Assembly: GCA_036785375.1 (NCBI GenBank)
Contig: JAWMAR010000158.1
Span: 1,612,001 to 1,676,000, forward strand
Length of the DNA stretch: 64,000 nt
Source of the DNA: Leucoraja ocellata
Taxonomy: Eukaryota
Direction: 5' to 3'
Made by a program: the position numbers and the translations under genes. The notes beneath the pieces are model-generated. The model saw only the letters and a list, made by a program, of their open reading frames with translations. It did no database searches and had not been told where the DNA came from. Below, one piece after another: positions 13,555 through 26,084 of this stretch (the stretch's first letter is position 1; every line of letters begins with the position of its first letter).

Positions 13555-14370
13555 GAATCATCTATTTTCCCTCTCAACCCCATTCTCCTGCCTTCTCCCT
13601 GTAACCTTAGATCCATTGCCTTGGCCTCCACAGCTGTTTGTGGCAATGAATTCCACAGATTCACCACCTTCTTACTAAAGAAATTCCTCCTCATCTCCTT
13701 TCTAAAAGTATGTCCTTTTAGTCCTACACGAACAGGTGTGACTGCCTCCAAAAACACAATATCCAGGTAATTCTCTCCGCCCCTGATGTGCCACAGCATT
13801 TGAAGCTTAGACTCCAGGCCATGATCATAAGATCATGTGATAGGAACAGAATTAGGCCATTCAGCCCACCAAGTCGACTACACCATTCAATCATGGCTGA
13901 TCTACCTCTCCCTCCGAACCCCATCCTCCTGCCTTCTCCCCATAGCCTCTGACACCCGTACTAATCAAGAATTTATCTATCTCTGCCTTAAATATATCCA
14001 CTGACTTGGCCTCCACAGTCTTCTGTGGCAAATAATTCCACATTTTCATCAACCACTAACTAAATAAATTCCTCCACATCTCCTAAAAGAATGCCCTTTA
14101 ATTCTGAGGCTATGACTTCTGGTCTTAGATTCTCCCACTATTGGAAACATCCTCTCCACATCCACTCTATCCAATCCTTTCACTGTTCTGTACGTTTCCA
14201 ATGAGCTCCCCCTCATTCTTCTAAACTCCAGCGAGTACAGACCCAGTGCCGTTAAACACTCATCATATGTTCTCAGCAGGTCAAACCTCCTCTGGGCCCT
14301 CTCCAGAGCCAGCACATCCTTCCACAGATGTGGTATCCAAAACTGTTCACAATATTCCAAATGCTGCAGA
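13555..14370 (-). mobile_element. CR1 LINE 3' fragments
   Basis: EYCEQFW...LERAQRRF...LGLYSLEFRRMRG and FFS.KVVNLWNSLP. Similar pieces at 1378-1590 (+), 3855-4220 (-), 5200-5460 (-), 7005-7260 (+) and 54075-54550 (-). Confidence 0.88.
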
Positions 14371-17194
14371 TGTGGTCACCAGGAAGAGTCAAGTGTTTTA
14401 TTGTCATATGTCCCAGAGAGAACAATGAAATGCTTACTTGCTGCTGCAGCACAACAGAATATGTAAACATAGTACACTGTAAACAATATAATAAACGAGA
14501 GAGAAAAAAAAGTTCAGAATCTGGAGTCTCCTGTGTCTCTATGTTTAATCAACTGGACTTTGGGGGGAAATGGGAGTGGGATGAAATATTCTTGCCTCAA
14601 ATCTATGTATGCTTTTCTGAATCATTAATATTAAAAAACACCTATAAAAGAATTATAAATTTTACCAGTTGTTTTTTTATTCCCATATTCCAGGGCTCTG
14701 AGATTTTTACACCAACTTCATTTCCACCCCAGCTAATATCCTGCAATTCATCCTAAACCAGCTTTTGAAGCTAGGATCTACCAGGGCCGGATTTGAACTG
14801 CCGCCACCCCAGTGTAACACAAGAGGAAGGGCAGTTAAATTGCAATAGGTAGTTGTCTGCTCCTCCCCACCCCCATACCCTCCCCCTCCACTCCACTCTC
14901 CCCTCCCCCTCCCCTCCCCCCTCCACTCCCCCTCCCCTCCCCTCCCTCCACCCCCTTCCCTCCACCACACCCACATAACCGCCTCACTGTGTAGTCTGGA
15001 TTGACTGCCATCATAAATTTATAGGTTCGATGGCTTGGTATGAATGTAAAATTGTCCCTAGTGTGTGTGGGGTAGTGTTAGTGGGCGAGGAGCATTGGGC
15101 GGCGTGGATTCGGTGGGCCGAGGGGCCTGTTTCCATGCTGTATCTCTAAACTAAACTTATCTTAATTACAGACTAATTAAACTAATGGTTTCTTCGTAAT
15201 TATAGAGATGAGTTTCTGATCCAGTATTTTAACCTGAAATCTGAGCAGAGAGCAGCAATGGCTATCCTGCCAGGCTAAACATACAGGAACAGATGCCAGG
15301 AGAAACACAACCCAAGGAGGTAAGTTTAAAACATAGTCTGCTTCTGAGCCTGGAGACGCAGGGCTACTCTGCATCTACTTATAAAGTTACAGATTTATAA
15401 TAAATGGCTAAAACTTGAGCAAATTTGTTGGTGCGGGAAGCTAAAACGCCTATGGACTTTTACAGCGTTTAAATCACTGCCCAAGTTGTCACATTCTCAT
15501 TTAGACGATTTACTGATTTTGACCAGCTGGTTGGGCAAACAGCAAAATAACAGAAACATGGTCTCACCTCTCAGCTAATTTCAGCTGGAGATGGTGTTCA
15601 GAGAGTGCCGCAATTGTCCAAAGCTACCATGGAGAAAATAATTTGTGAGGCCATTTGGGGAAAGGGATGAAAAACGTCATAACTGTTATCCTTTTGCTTG
15701 TTTAAGGAACCAAAATCAGGGATGCCCAGCTGGGGAATCATAGCCAAGCTGAAAACCTGCGAGTAACTAAGTGGGTTCTCAGCTTGATCAGTAGATGTTT
15801 CACTCAGTATCACAGGACTCCTCACTCCTATGTCACAGCAATATACCAGCTCAAATGAAGCAGCAAATCTAAAATCAGTCACTTAACTGCTAAATAGAGT
15901 AAACTCCAACTCCTCAGAAAAATCTAAACACTATTCCTCATTTGGAGAAACAAGGAACTGCAGCTGCTGGTTTACACAAAAGGACACAACGAGCTGGAGT
16001 AACTCAGCAGGCCAGGCACCCTTTCTTGAGAACATGGATGGGTGACATTTTAATTCACGACCCCGGGTGAGGCAGCATTTCAGGAGAACATTGATGGGTA
16101 GATTCTTCTACCTAAAACCAGCCTTGCTTTGTCCTGCCTTTCTTCTTTCCCAGGTTTCTGTCCCAACCCCCTTTTTGCAATCAGTCTGAAGAAGAATCCC
16201 AACCTGAAACATTTCCTATCCATTTTCTCCAGAGAAGTTGCCTGGCCCGTTGAGTTACTCCAGCGCTGTGTGTCTGTTATTGCTCAATTGTGCTTGGTGC
16301 ATGTGTTTATCTTTGCAAAGGGATAGTCGGAATTTGCAAGAAAGTTAGGAGCAGCCAATTTAATCCCACGTATAATTTACCCACTGGAAGTCTGTCAACC
16401 CCAAGGTTCACATTCATGAATTCAACACTTCGTGTTGTGTATTAAAGCAGTGTGTTGTATGAGCTCTACTGACAGACCACCACTTTAGGGGTGTCAGAGT
16501 GCAATCAGAATCAAGTATGGCTTAAACATTGAACCCTGGGTATTTTGTGCACCACTTACATTGTAATATTCATTGATAGTTCTAGTTATCAGTAAATAAT
16601 GTCAGAAGAACCATAGGTTGTACCAGTGCCAAATAATGTCAATAAATCTATAACTGCTCAAGGTAGTAACTCACTAACATTTTTCATACTTGGTTACCCT
16701 TGTATGATTAATCCAAATGCAATTAGTACAACAATCTTGTTAGTTAGAAAAAAATATCACCACGCATCTGAGGGGGAGAGTAGAAAATCTCCAGTAATTA
16801 ATTGTTAAATGTTTTAAACGCTTTACAGTATACACTTTTAAAGCTCCAGCCACCATTATTTTGTAGAATATAAGCTTCATTAAATAGTTTTCCTGGCATT
16901 CTACTTATTAATTTAACTGGCAGCAAAAAGGTTAGATCAGGCAATTAAATAGTTCCAGCACAATAATGAAACTACTTAGTACTGTTCTTAGATTAAACAT
17001 TAACACACTCATACAGGCCAGATGCAATTTCTTACCATGTTAAACTTTCCTCCAATGGCTTATTTAATAAAGCCTGCATATCGTGGCAATGCTATACCAG
17101 AGCAGTATAGACCAGACTATCAATCAAACATGCTGTTCAAGTGGCTACATTTAAGACTAAAGTCCAAAATTTGTGTACAACTATCTTGTAGTTC

Positions 17195-17512
17195 CTGTGG
17201 CTCGTGGCTCCCCCGACTCAGGGCGGCTTCAGGGCTCACGTACTCGGGACGGCTTTGGGATGACTTTGGGATGGCTTCGGGACTCAGCGCGGCTCATGGA
17301 CTCTGCCCGGCCTCTGGGGCTTTATTCTCCATGCCCCGGTGATTGACAGCGTGTGCTGGAAGGGGCGTTGCCGTCCCGGCGATTGACAAGAGAGAAGAGA
17401 GAAGAGTAAGGTGGCAAGAAATCGTAGTGCTATCAGGTACCGTTTTTGCGCAAATGTAAAAACAATGCAAACCAGAAGAGGACAAGATGAGTGTTTTAGT
17501 TAAGTCTAGATA
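17195..17512 (-). mobile_element. Helitron-like fragment, same family
   Basis: GGGGCTTTAT...GGAAGGGGCGTT...GATTGACA...TTTTGCGCAAAT...CAAGATGAGTGTTTTAGT, shared with the two copies above. Confidence 0.6.
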
Positions 17513-18102
17513 GATTCCAGGGTTGTGCTGTTCCTTTTACCAGTTCTGCTCATCGATCATCTCTGGCATCTTTATTTAATAACTATGCTCATAATATGGT
17601 ACTGTCATGTATATGTTGTGGACAAGGCTTGCATTTATTTACCTTTCTGCCGTGTAGTAGGCGCTGTTGAGTCTTTTACGTGATCTGCAGCATCATGTGT
17701 GGAAACAGTGTTCCCACAGTGAATTCAAGATTGAGAGGTCTGGAATTCTGACCCAGTGCAAAGGAAAAAAACTATGATACATTTCCAAGATGAGATAGTG
17801 TGCGTTTTACCAGAGCACTCGGCTTGATGGTGCTGCCATGCTTTTCCTGCTGTTCTGAATTTCTTCATAAAAATGCAAATATTATTTATAAAACTTGCTA
17901 CTAAATTGTACAGTATATTTGTTGGTTATCAAACATAGTGCAGCATTTGCAATGTATCAGAACAACATCATTTTTTCTTTCATGGGCTTTCCATGAACAA
18001 TAAGTTTGATAAGTTTTTACCTGTACACCAACTCCCAGTCAGTATTTGCAGAAGGGCCCTAAACTGATCTTTCCTTTCCAGTAGACATGACAGGCTTAAG
18101 TG

Positions 18103-18600
18103 AGTGTAGGAAGGAACTGCAGATGCTTGTAGATACCAAAGTTAGGCACAAAATGTTGGAGCAACTCCGTGGGTCAGGCAGCATCTCTGGAGTAAAAGGA
18201 TGCTTAACATTTCTGGTTGGGACTCTTCTTCAGACTAAAAGTATACGAGAGGGAACTGGAGGCAAGAAAATTCCAGAACAAAACAGGGCCAGCAACAGAT
18301 GGCCAAGGAAGGGTGGAATTTAAAATGGCCCATTGTTGGCTGGGGAAGAGATGATAATGAAAGGATACAATGATGTGAACTGTGGAACTAGTAGGATAAC
18401 TAGGGTGCGGGAGGTGGGATAAGGGTTATTTGAAATTAGAGATATCAATGTTGATACTGCTGGTTTGTAAGCTGCCCAGGCGAAATATGAGGTGCTGTCC
18501 TTCAATTTGCACGTGGCCTCAATCTGTCAGTGGAGGAGGCCCAGTGCAGAAAGGTCAGTAAGGGAATGGGGAGTTAAAATGTTTGGCAACCGGGAGATCA
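18103..18600 (-). mobile_element. Penelope-like 3' fragment, the target of the Rex1 insertion
   Basis: Colinear with 43745-44200 (GAAATATGAG.TGCTGT.CC, GCAACCGGGAGATCA). Decayed hammerhead at about 18208-18236. Confidence 0.8.
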
Positions 18601-18922
18601 CATCAGATTCAGATTCAACTTTATTGTCATTGTGCAGTGTACAGTACAGAGACAACGAAATGCAGTTAGCATCTCCCTAGAAGAGCGACATAGAATATGA
18701 GCAATAAATATATCTATTTACGTGCATACAGTCATAGTATTTTATTTTTCCTGGTGGGAGGAGTGTCCGGGGGGGGGTGATTGGCAATCACCGAGGTACA
18801 GTGTTGAGTAGTGTAACAGCCGCAGGGAAGAAGCTGTTCCTGGACCTGCTGGTCCGGCAACGGAGAGACCTGTAGCGCCTCCCGGATGGTAGGAGGGTAA
18901 ACAGTCTGTGGTTGGGGTGAGA

Positions 18923-20206
18923 TCAGTCCTTGGCGATGCTGAGCGCCCTTCGCAGACAACGCTTGCTTTGGACAGACTCAATGGAGGGGAGTGAGGAACC
19001 GGTGATGCGTTGGGCAATTTTCACCACCCTCTGCAGTGCTTTCCGGTCGGAGACAGAGCAGTTGCCATACCATACTGTGATGCAGTTGGTAAGGATGCTC
19101 TCGATGGTGCAGCGGTAGAAGTTCACCAGAATCTGAGGAGACAGGTGGACCTTCTTCAGTCTCCTCAGGAAGAAGAGACGCTGGTGAGCCTTCTTGATCA
19201 GAGTAGAGGTATTGTGGGTCCAAGAGAGGTCATCGGAGATGTTGACCCCCAGGAATCTGAAGCTGGAAACACGTTCCACCTCCGTCCCGTTAATGTGGAT
19301 GGGGGTGTGCATGCCGCCCCTAGACTTCCTGAAGTCTACAATGAGCTCCTTGGTCTTCTTGGAGTTAAGGGCCAGGTTGTTGTCAGCGCACAATGCTGCT
19401 AGGAGCTGGACCTCCTCCCTATAGGCCGATTCATCGTTGTTGCTGATGAGGCCAATCACCGTTGTATCATCTGCATACTTGATGATGGTGTTAGTACCAT
19501 GTACAGGTGTGCAGTCGTAGGTGAAGAGGGAGTAGAGGAGGGGGCTCAGAACACAGCCCTGTGGAACGCCGGTGTTCAGGGTGAGGGTTGGAGAGGTGTG
19601 TTTGTCTAACCTAACAGACTGGGGTCTGTTGGTTAGAAAGTCCAGTATCCAGTTGCAGAGGGAGGGGTCGATGCCCAGGTCACCGAGTTTGGTGATCAGT
19701 TTAGAGAGTATAATGGTGTTGAATGCTGAGCTGTAATTGATGAACAGCATTCTTACGCAAGTGTCTCTGTTGTCGAGGTGGGAGAGGGCGGAGTGAAGTG
19801 CCGTTGAGATGGCATCCTCCGTACTCCTGTTCTTGCGGTAGGCAAACTGATAGGGATCCAATGTGGGGGGTAGGCAGCCTTTGAGGTGTGCCAGGACCAG
19901 CCTCTCGAAGCACTTGGTGATGATGGTAGTTAGTGCAACTGGGCGGAAGTCGTTGAGGCTTGCCGCAGTGGAGTGTTTTGGCACCGGCACGATGGAGGTG
20001 GTTTTAAGGCACGTGGGGACAACTGCTTGGGCAAGTGACAGGTTGAAGATGTCAGTCCAGACGTCTGTCAGCTGCGCAGAACAGGCCCTGAGGACGCGCC
20101 CGGGGATGCCGTCAGGGCCAGCAGCCTTACGTGCATTAGTCCTACTCAGTGCCATGAACACGTCGTAGGGGGTGAGTGTGAGGGGTTGGTGATCAGCAGG
20201 GAGCAC
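18923..20206 (-). CDS. Rex1/Babar reverse transcriptase portion (open for 427 codons; part of a frameshifted polyprotein)
   Basis: All core non-LTR RT motifs are present, including YADD. Confidence 0.85.
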   Translation of the reverse strand: MLPADHQPLTLTPYDVFMALSRTNARKAAGPDGIPGRVLRACSAQLTDVWTDIFNLSLAQAVVPTCLKTTSIVPVPKHSTAASLNDFRPVALTTIITKCFERLVLAHLKGCLPPTLDPYQFAYRKNRSTEDAISTALHSALSHLDNRDTCVRMLFINYSSAFNTIILSKLITKLGDLGIDPSLCNWILDFLTNRPQSVRLDKHTSPTLTLNTGVPQGCVLSPLLYSLFTYDCTPVHGTNTIIKYADDTTVIGLISNNDESAYREEVQLLAALCADNNLALNSKKTKELIVDFRKSRGGMHTPIHINGTEVERVSSFRFLGVNISDDLSWTHNTSTLIKKAHQRLFFLRRLKKVHLSPQILVNFYRCTIESILTNCITVWYGNCSVSDRKALQRVVKIAQRITGSSLPSIESVQSKRCLRRALSIAKD

Positions 20207-21543
20207 AGCCTTGATGGCTGTCTCTAGATTGTCCCTATAAAGCGGCCATAGAAGTGGTTAAGCTCCTCAAGGATGGAGGCACTGGATGTGGGGGTGGTGT
20301 TGGTGGGTCTATAGTCCGTGGTGGCCTGGATGCCTTGCCACATGCGTCGGGGGTCGGAGTTGTTGTTGAAGAGCTCCTCAATCCTGAGCTTATGGCAGTG
20401 CTTGGCCTTCTTGATGCCCCTCTTCAGGTTAGCCCTGGATGAACTGTCGGCTCGAGCATCGCCTGACCTGAAAGCGGTGTCCCGTGCTTTCAGCAGTAGC
20501 CTGACCTCGCTGTTAATCCATGGTTTCTGATTCGGGAATATGGTCACCCGTTTGAGGGAGGTGACACTGTTGATGGTGGAGTTTATAAAGTCCAGAACAG
20601 AGGATGTGTAGGAATCAATGTCCGTGTGGGAGTCAAGGGTGGCCTGGGCTGCAAACGTCTTCCAGTCAGTGTTTCCAAAACACTGCTGAAGTGTGAAGTC
20701 CGCCTCCACTGACCAGACTTTAACTGGCCTCACAGTGGGTTTAACCCGTCTGATGAGTGGGGCGTACTTTGGGAGCAGGAACAATGAGAGGTGATCAGAC
20801 TGACCAAGGTGGGGGAGGGAGACGGCTTTGTAAGCTTCAGCCATGTTAGTGTAGACTGTGTCCAGTGTCTTGTCTTCTCTAGTGGCGCAGGAGACATGTT
20901 GGTGGAATTTGGGGAGTACAGTCTTCAGGTTGGAGTGATTGAAGTCACCCGCAACAATGAAGGCTGCCTCGGGGTTGTGAGTCTGTTGTTTGCTAATGGC
21001 AGTATGCAGATCTTTCATTGCAAGCTTGGCATTAGCATCAGGAGGAATATAAGCTGCAGTCACAACAGTGGAGGTAAACTCTCTGGGCAGATAGAACGGT
21101 CTGCATCTAACAAGAGGAACTCTAGGTTAGCTGAGCAGTGACTCTCGATGATGGCGGAGTCCGTGCACCATGCTTTATTTACATAAATGCACAGACCCCC
21201 ACCTCTGGTCTTACCGGAGTCTGTTGTCCTGTCCGCTCGGAGTAAATGACGCCCCGTTTGCTGGATGGCTCTATCAGGAACGGCAAAGTTGAGCCAAGTT
21301 TCAGTGAAGATCAGGATGCTGCGGTCTTTGATCCAGTTGTGGGAGGTGATCCTTAGTCGGAGTTCATCCATCTTGTTTGCCAGTGAGCGCACGTTGGCGA
21401 GGAAAAGGCTAGGAATCGCTGCCCTGTGTGGGGCTAGCTCTAACCTGGCCTTTAACCCACCTCTGCGTCCCCGGCGGTGCTTTCGTACGCGTCGCCGTCT
21501 GTTGGTTCTTCCGGTTGGCCGAGCTGGCTTGGTGCGCGCTGGT

Positions 21544-21704
21544 GTTCTGCCGCTCCACGGCTCCATTGGCGTTCTGCCGCCCCGCGGCTCCGCTGGCGTT
21601 CTGCCGCCCTGCGGCTCCAGCGGCGGTCTTCCGCCCCGCGGCTCCATTGGCGTTCTGCAGCCCCGCGGCTCCACTGGCGTTCTGCCGCCCCGCGGCTCCG
21701 CTGC
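21544..21704 (-). repeat. 27-bp coding minisatellite (about 6 copies) in the 5' region of the Rex1 element
   Basis: Unit GTTCTGCCGCCCCGCGGCTCC(A/G)(C/T)TGGC, encoding EPRGGRTP(M/A) in frame with the endonuclease. Confidence 0.9.
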
Positions 21705-22974
21705 TCCACAGCTCTGACTAGCTCAGAAGTGAGACAGAGATCGACCAGAAAGTTGTTGCAGCCGCAGGAACCGAAGTCCAGAAGTTTCTGTCGGCTATAC
21801 GAAATGGATGCAAGACTGCTCCGTGTGAGCAGCCTTGAGACAGGTAGGGGAATTGGCGCTATTTCTCGAATTTCTCAAATTCTTGAGAGACACGGGCCGT
21901 CGTGATGTGCCCGTGCTGCCGCCATTTTGGAGAGGAGCGGGCTGGCTGAGCTCGATGTGTCTATCACAGGTTTAAGTAATACTGCCGAAGGAGACCTGCT
22001 GATGCTGTAATGAATCCTGGAATCCTGTATAGGAATACACACTGTACGTTGGGAGTGTGGATGTCAGTAAAATACATCTTAAGATGCTAATTTAGTTGTG
22101 TTGCTTGATGCTAAGAAATATATTTCACCACCCTGGATATTTCATCTGCAAATTTATCGTGTTCTCCTCCACATTAACATTGATAATTTGAAATGACATT
22201 TTGTGCCTGTCATGTATTTCTGTGCTTTTGTACCTCAATGCTCCTGGCGTATATCAGGAAATCCATGAAGAGACTCAACCCGAAGCATTGCATGTCAACT
22301 CCCTCTACAGATGCTGCCTGACCTGTTGAGTTCCTCCAGCACTTTGTGTTTTGCTCTGGAAACACAATATCTTTCCACCATCAGAGATGTAGAATCTTTA
22401 CTGTACTTTTTACCCAGCTTGCAGACAGTACTGTGGCTTCATTTCGGGTCGAGACTGAAAGAAGGGTCTCGACCCGAAACGTCGCCTATTCCTTCCCTCC
22501 ATAGATGCTGCCTCATCGTTGAGTTTCTCCAGCATTTTGTTGTCTAGTTTATTAGTTTAGTTTATTGTCACATGTACCGAGGTAGAGTGAAAAGCTGTTG
22601 TAACGCACGAACCAGTCAGAGGAAAGTCAATACATGATTACAATCGAGAAATATAATTACAATCAATTTTGATGATGCCATCAAAATTGACCTTCTCCCA
22701 ATTTTGAACTTGAGGGCGAGTCCTATCTTATTCAATCACTATCTCAAAATTAATAGAATTCATGGCCACTTTTCAAAGCGTTCTTCCCATTTACCCATTT
22801 ACCACTTGCCCAATCTTATTTCCTAAGGGGAGGTCAAGTGTAGAGGCATCTACACATTGCTTGAAAAAGCATTCCAAGATACTCTTCACACATACTGCAC
22901 AATCTAATCACTTAGCACTGTGGCAGTAGGAAATTAAAATGATCTACTATTATAACTACATTAACTCAATTTAC

Positions 22975-24710
22975 ACGTTTACAGATGACACTACCGTAGT
23001 TGGTCAGATCTGAAACAATGAATAAATGGAGTACAGCAAGGAGATAGACAGCATAGTAACATAGTGCCAAGAAAACAACCTCTCCATCTAGATGAAGATG
23101 AAGAGCTAGTTATTGACTTTAGGAAAGGTACTGATGTTCACATCCCTATCAGCATGAATGCTGAAGAAGTTGAGATGGTCGAGAGCCTCACATTTCTATG
23201 CCTAAATATCACCAACAATCTGCCCTGGACCTACCACATTGAGATAGGAAAAAACGTTATTTATCCCAGGAGGGAAATTGATCTGCCAACAGTCATAAAT
23301 TGATCTGCCAACAGTCATAAAAACATAAAAGTGACAAGTGGAAAGGATTGGGGATGTGCAAAGATTTGAAGGGGGAGGGGAGGGAGTCATTCTACCCCAC
23401 GATAGAAGTGGGAGGAGTTGTGCTGTTTCATAGCCATGGGAAGAAGAATCTCCTGTGATGTTCTGTCCCGCACCTTGGTGGAACAAGCCTGTTGATGAAG
23501 ATATTCCTCAGGTTAACTAGTGTGTCAAGGAGGGGGTGAGCTGCATTCTCCATGATGTTCCGCAGTTTGAGGAGCATCCTCCCCTCCAAGACCACCTCCC
23601 ATGAATCCAATTCCACCCCCAGGACGGAGCCAGCCTTCCTGATGTTTGTTCGTCCTGTTGGCATCCACGGCCTTCGCCCTGCTGCCCCAGCACATGACAG
23701 CGAAGAAGATGGCACTGGCTACCATCGATTGGTAGAACATCGGCAGCACCTTGCTGCAGACGTTGGAGGAGCAGAGCCTTCTGAAAACGTACAGCCGGCT
23801 CTGTCCCTTCTTGTACAGGACCTCAGCGTTCCTGGACCAGTCCAGTTTATTGTCCATGTGCACTCCAAGGTATTTGTACTCCTTGGTAAACTGCACATCC
23901 ACACCATTGATGGAGACAGGGGACAGGGGTGTCCCTTTCCTCCTAAAGTCCACCACTATCTCCTTAATCTTCTTTGATGCAGGTGATTCAGCCCACGCCA
24001 CTCAACAAAGTTGTTGACTACACGTCTGTATTCAGATTCCCTCCCCTCACTGATGCAGCCCACAATTACAGTCATCCAAAAATGTTTGCAGGTGGCCGGA
24101 GTCTGAATTATATTTGAAGTCCAAGGTATAAATTGTGAAGAGGAAGGAAGAGAGGACCATTCCTGTGCTACACCCAAAAAAAGCAGACCAAAACCACTGT
24201 TGTCTCAAAAGATCATGGAGGTTCGGCACTTCCCCAACGACTCGGTGGGCGACATGGTGGTGCAGCGGTAGAGTTGCTGCCTTACAGCGCTTGCAGCGCC
24301 AGAGAACCGAGTTCGATCCTGAACATGAGTGCTGAATGTACGGAGTTTGTACGTTCTCCCCATGACCTGCGTGGTTTTTCTCTGAGATCTTCGGTTACCT
24401 CCCACACTCCAAAGACGTACAGGTTTGTAGGTTAATTGGCTTGGTATCAGTGTAAATTGTCCATAATTTGTATGCGGTCGGTGCGGACTCGGTGGGCCCA
24501 AGGGCCTGTTCCTGTGCTGTATCTAAACTAAACTAGACTAGACTAAACTAGACTAGACTCTTCCCAACTTCTACAAATTCTCTGCAGGAAGCATAATATT
24601 GGGATGTATCGTAACTTGGTTTGGGAACAGTGGTGCCCAAGATTGGAATAAGTTGTAGAGTTGTGGATCTAACCCAGTCCATCACACTGAATAGCCTCCC
24701 CATATTTTAC
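22975..24710. mobile_element. Nested Rex1/Babar fragments: a plus-strand copy interrupted by a minus-strand copy (about 23262-24170) and a SINE
   Basis: Plus strand: DDTTVVG, ELVIDFRK. Minus strand: EIVVDFRR...YKYLGVH.DNKLDW...KKGQSRLY. Confidence 0.85.
24244..24556 (+). mobile_element. tRNA-derived SINE (HE1-like)
   Basis: Pol III A box TGGTGCAGCGG and B box AGTTCGATCC, CR1-type 3' end and (CTAAA/CTAGA)n tail. Interrupts a Rex1 fragment. Confidence 0.85.
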
Positions 24711-24899
24711 TTGGGTTGAGTACAACACAGTGATATGAATGTTGAATTCTCTCATTTTAAGTAACTTCTACTAACATTTTTGGCAGAAGGTGCCTGTCCT
24801 TGTGCTGTACTATTCTCTGCAAACTATTCAGCAACTCTGCCCTCCGCTCCCAGCCCTCTATCATAAAGTTGAACTGGTATTATGGTTCTCTTATCTTAC

Positions 24900-25062
24900 T
24901 ATGTTCAGTTCAACAACTGTTATCTGTGATTTCACACCGCTGCTTTGAAGATTGACACGCATGCGTACTGGACGGGGTCTTCACGCAATCCCTCAACGTT
25001 ACTCCTCATAAAATAAAGATCAAACTTCAAACTGGTAAGTTCTCATTTAATCTTACTATTTT
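24900..25062 (+). mobile_element. DIRS-like terminal repeat fragment
   Basis: ATTGACACGCATGCGTACTGGACGGGGTCTTCACG...AAAATAAA resembles 3792-3853. Confidence 0.45.
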
Positions 25063-25079
25063 TATTAATATGTTTTTGT

Positions 25080-26084
25080 TCATCTTTAATTAATTTAATT
25101 TTAATCTTACAATGAACGTATTTAAAATACCAAAGAGTAAAAGAAGATCCAACAAAATAATTCTCCCCGACTGACGGCCACAATTAAAATATTAGTAAGT
25201 CTTGAGGGCTATTTTAACACCTGTTATGCTCATGATTTAGTTCTAATGTGACTCTAGAATGTACGTTAACCTCCCTGCCTGACTGGCGCCACCACCGCCT
25301 GAGGCTGGTTGACGAGAGGGAAAATGTCGGGGAGAGTCCGCTGGCCGTCCAGTCTTCACTATTCTTCTCCAAAATGAAATTTCGGATGAACGTTTTCCCC
25401 AGTTAGCGAAGGTCATTGATGAGCAGGAGGATTCATGCAAATCATTTGAAGAATACGCAACTGTTATAGACATTAATTAAAGAAATACAATGAAAGGTTC
25501 ACTGACTTTGAAAATCATGACATCACACTCAAATTGGCACTTCAACCTCACCTAGTTGATGTCTCCAAGGCTCCTAAAGAACTACAGATGGAATTGATTG
25601 AGCTCTCAGAAGATGACATTTTAAAGTCCTTATTTGACGCAAAGAAAGATCCGATTGAAATATAGAAAAATGCATTAGAATACCCACGTCTTCAGCACCA
25701 TGCACGAAAAATGCTTTCTTGCTTTTAAACCACTTATTGTTGCAAATCTACATGCTCCTACCTAACCCAAATGAAGATGTCCTTAAGGTCACAAATGAGA
25801 GATACACATCTAGAAGATCAGCTGAAACTGTGCACCTCCATGTTGCAACCAAATATTCAAATGTTTTCCAACAAAAAGCAGTCACAACAAAGTCATTAAA
25901 AAGTTAGTTCACTTTAGAATTAACAAAATGTTTTAATTTTCTTGAAGTTAGTACACAGTAGTTAGATTTTTACAAAATAATGTACATTTAGAAGTATATC
26001 TAATTGAAGTTTATTGGATGTGGCCTTATTAGATTACAGCTAACTTAATGCGGCATTCCAACATGAAAAGGTTCCCCACCCCTG
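25080..26084 (+). mobile_element. Internally deleted hAT (Charlie/GTF2IRD2-like) transposon with the transposase C-terminus
   Basis: About 25475-25900 translates, with stops and a frameshift, to EYNERFTDFE...LQMELIEL...EYPRLQHHARKMLSCF.TTYCC.ST.S.L...K..LRSQM.D.HLE..L...QPNI...K.SQ.SH (hAT dimerisation domain). 3' TIR AGGTTCCCCACCCCTG ends at 26084. Confidence 0.85.

Larger units (their letters stand above)
18603..21962 (-). mobile_element. Near-full-length Rex1/Babar-clade LINE (APE endonuclease + RT)
   Basis: ORFs 21674-21060 (LANVRSL..K, IFTETWL), 21063-20224 (GDFN, LD, SDH) and 20206-18923 ([33 protein letters not shown]). 3' AATAAA plus (TGAATC)n tail. Candidate TSD ATCACA at 18597-18602 and 21963-21968. 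Confidence 0.93.

Noticed and set aside
14862-14972. C-rich tract with G-quadruplex potential on the minus strand
   Set aside because: Low-complexity repeat, common in this window and error-prone in assemblies.
19010-21905. Long plus-strand ORFs antisense to the Rex1 element
   Set aside because: Shadow ORFs of GC-rich coding sequence.
24244-24330. tRNA-like sequence (also at 29695 and 60598)
   Set aside because: These are SINE heads followed by SINE body and tail, not tRNA genes.
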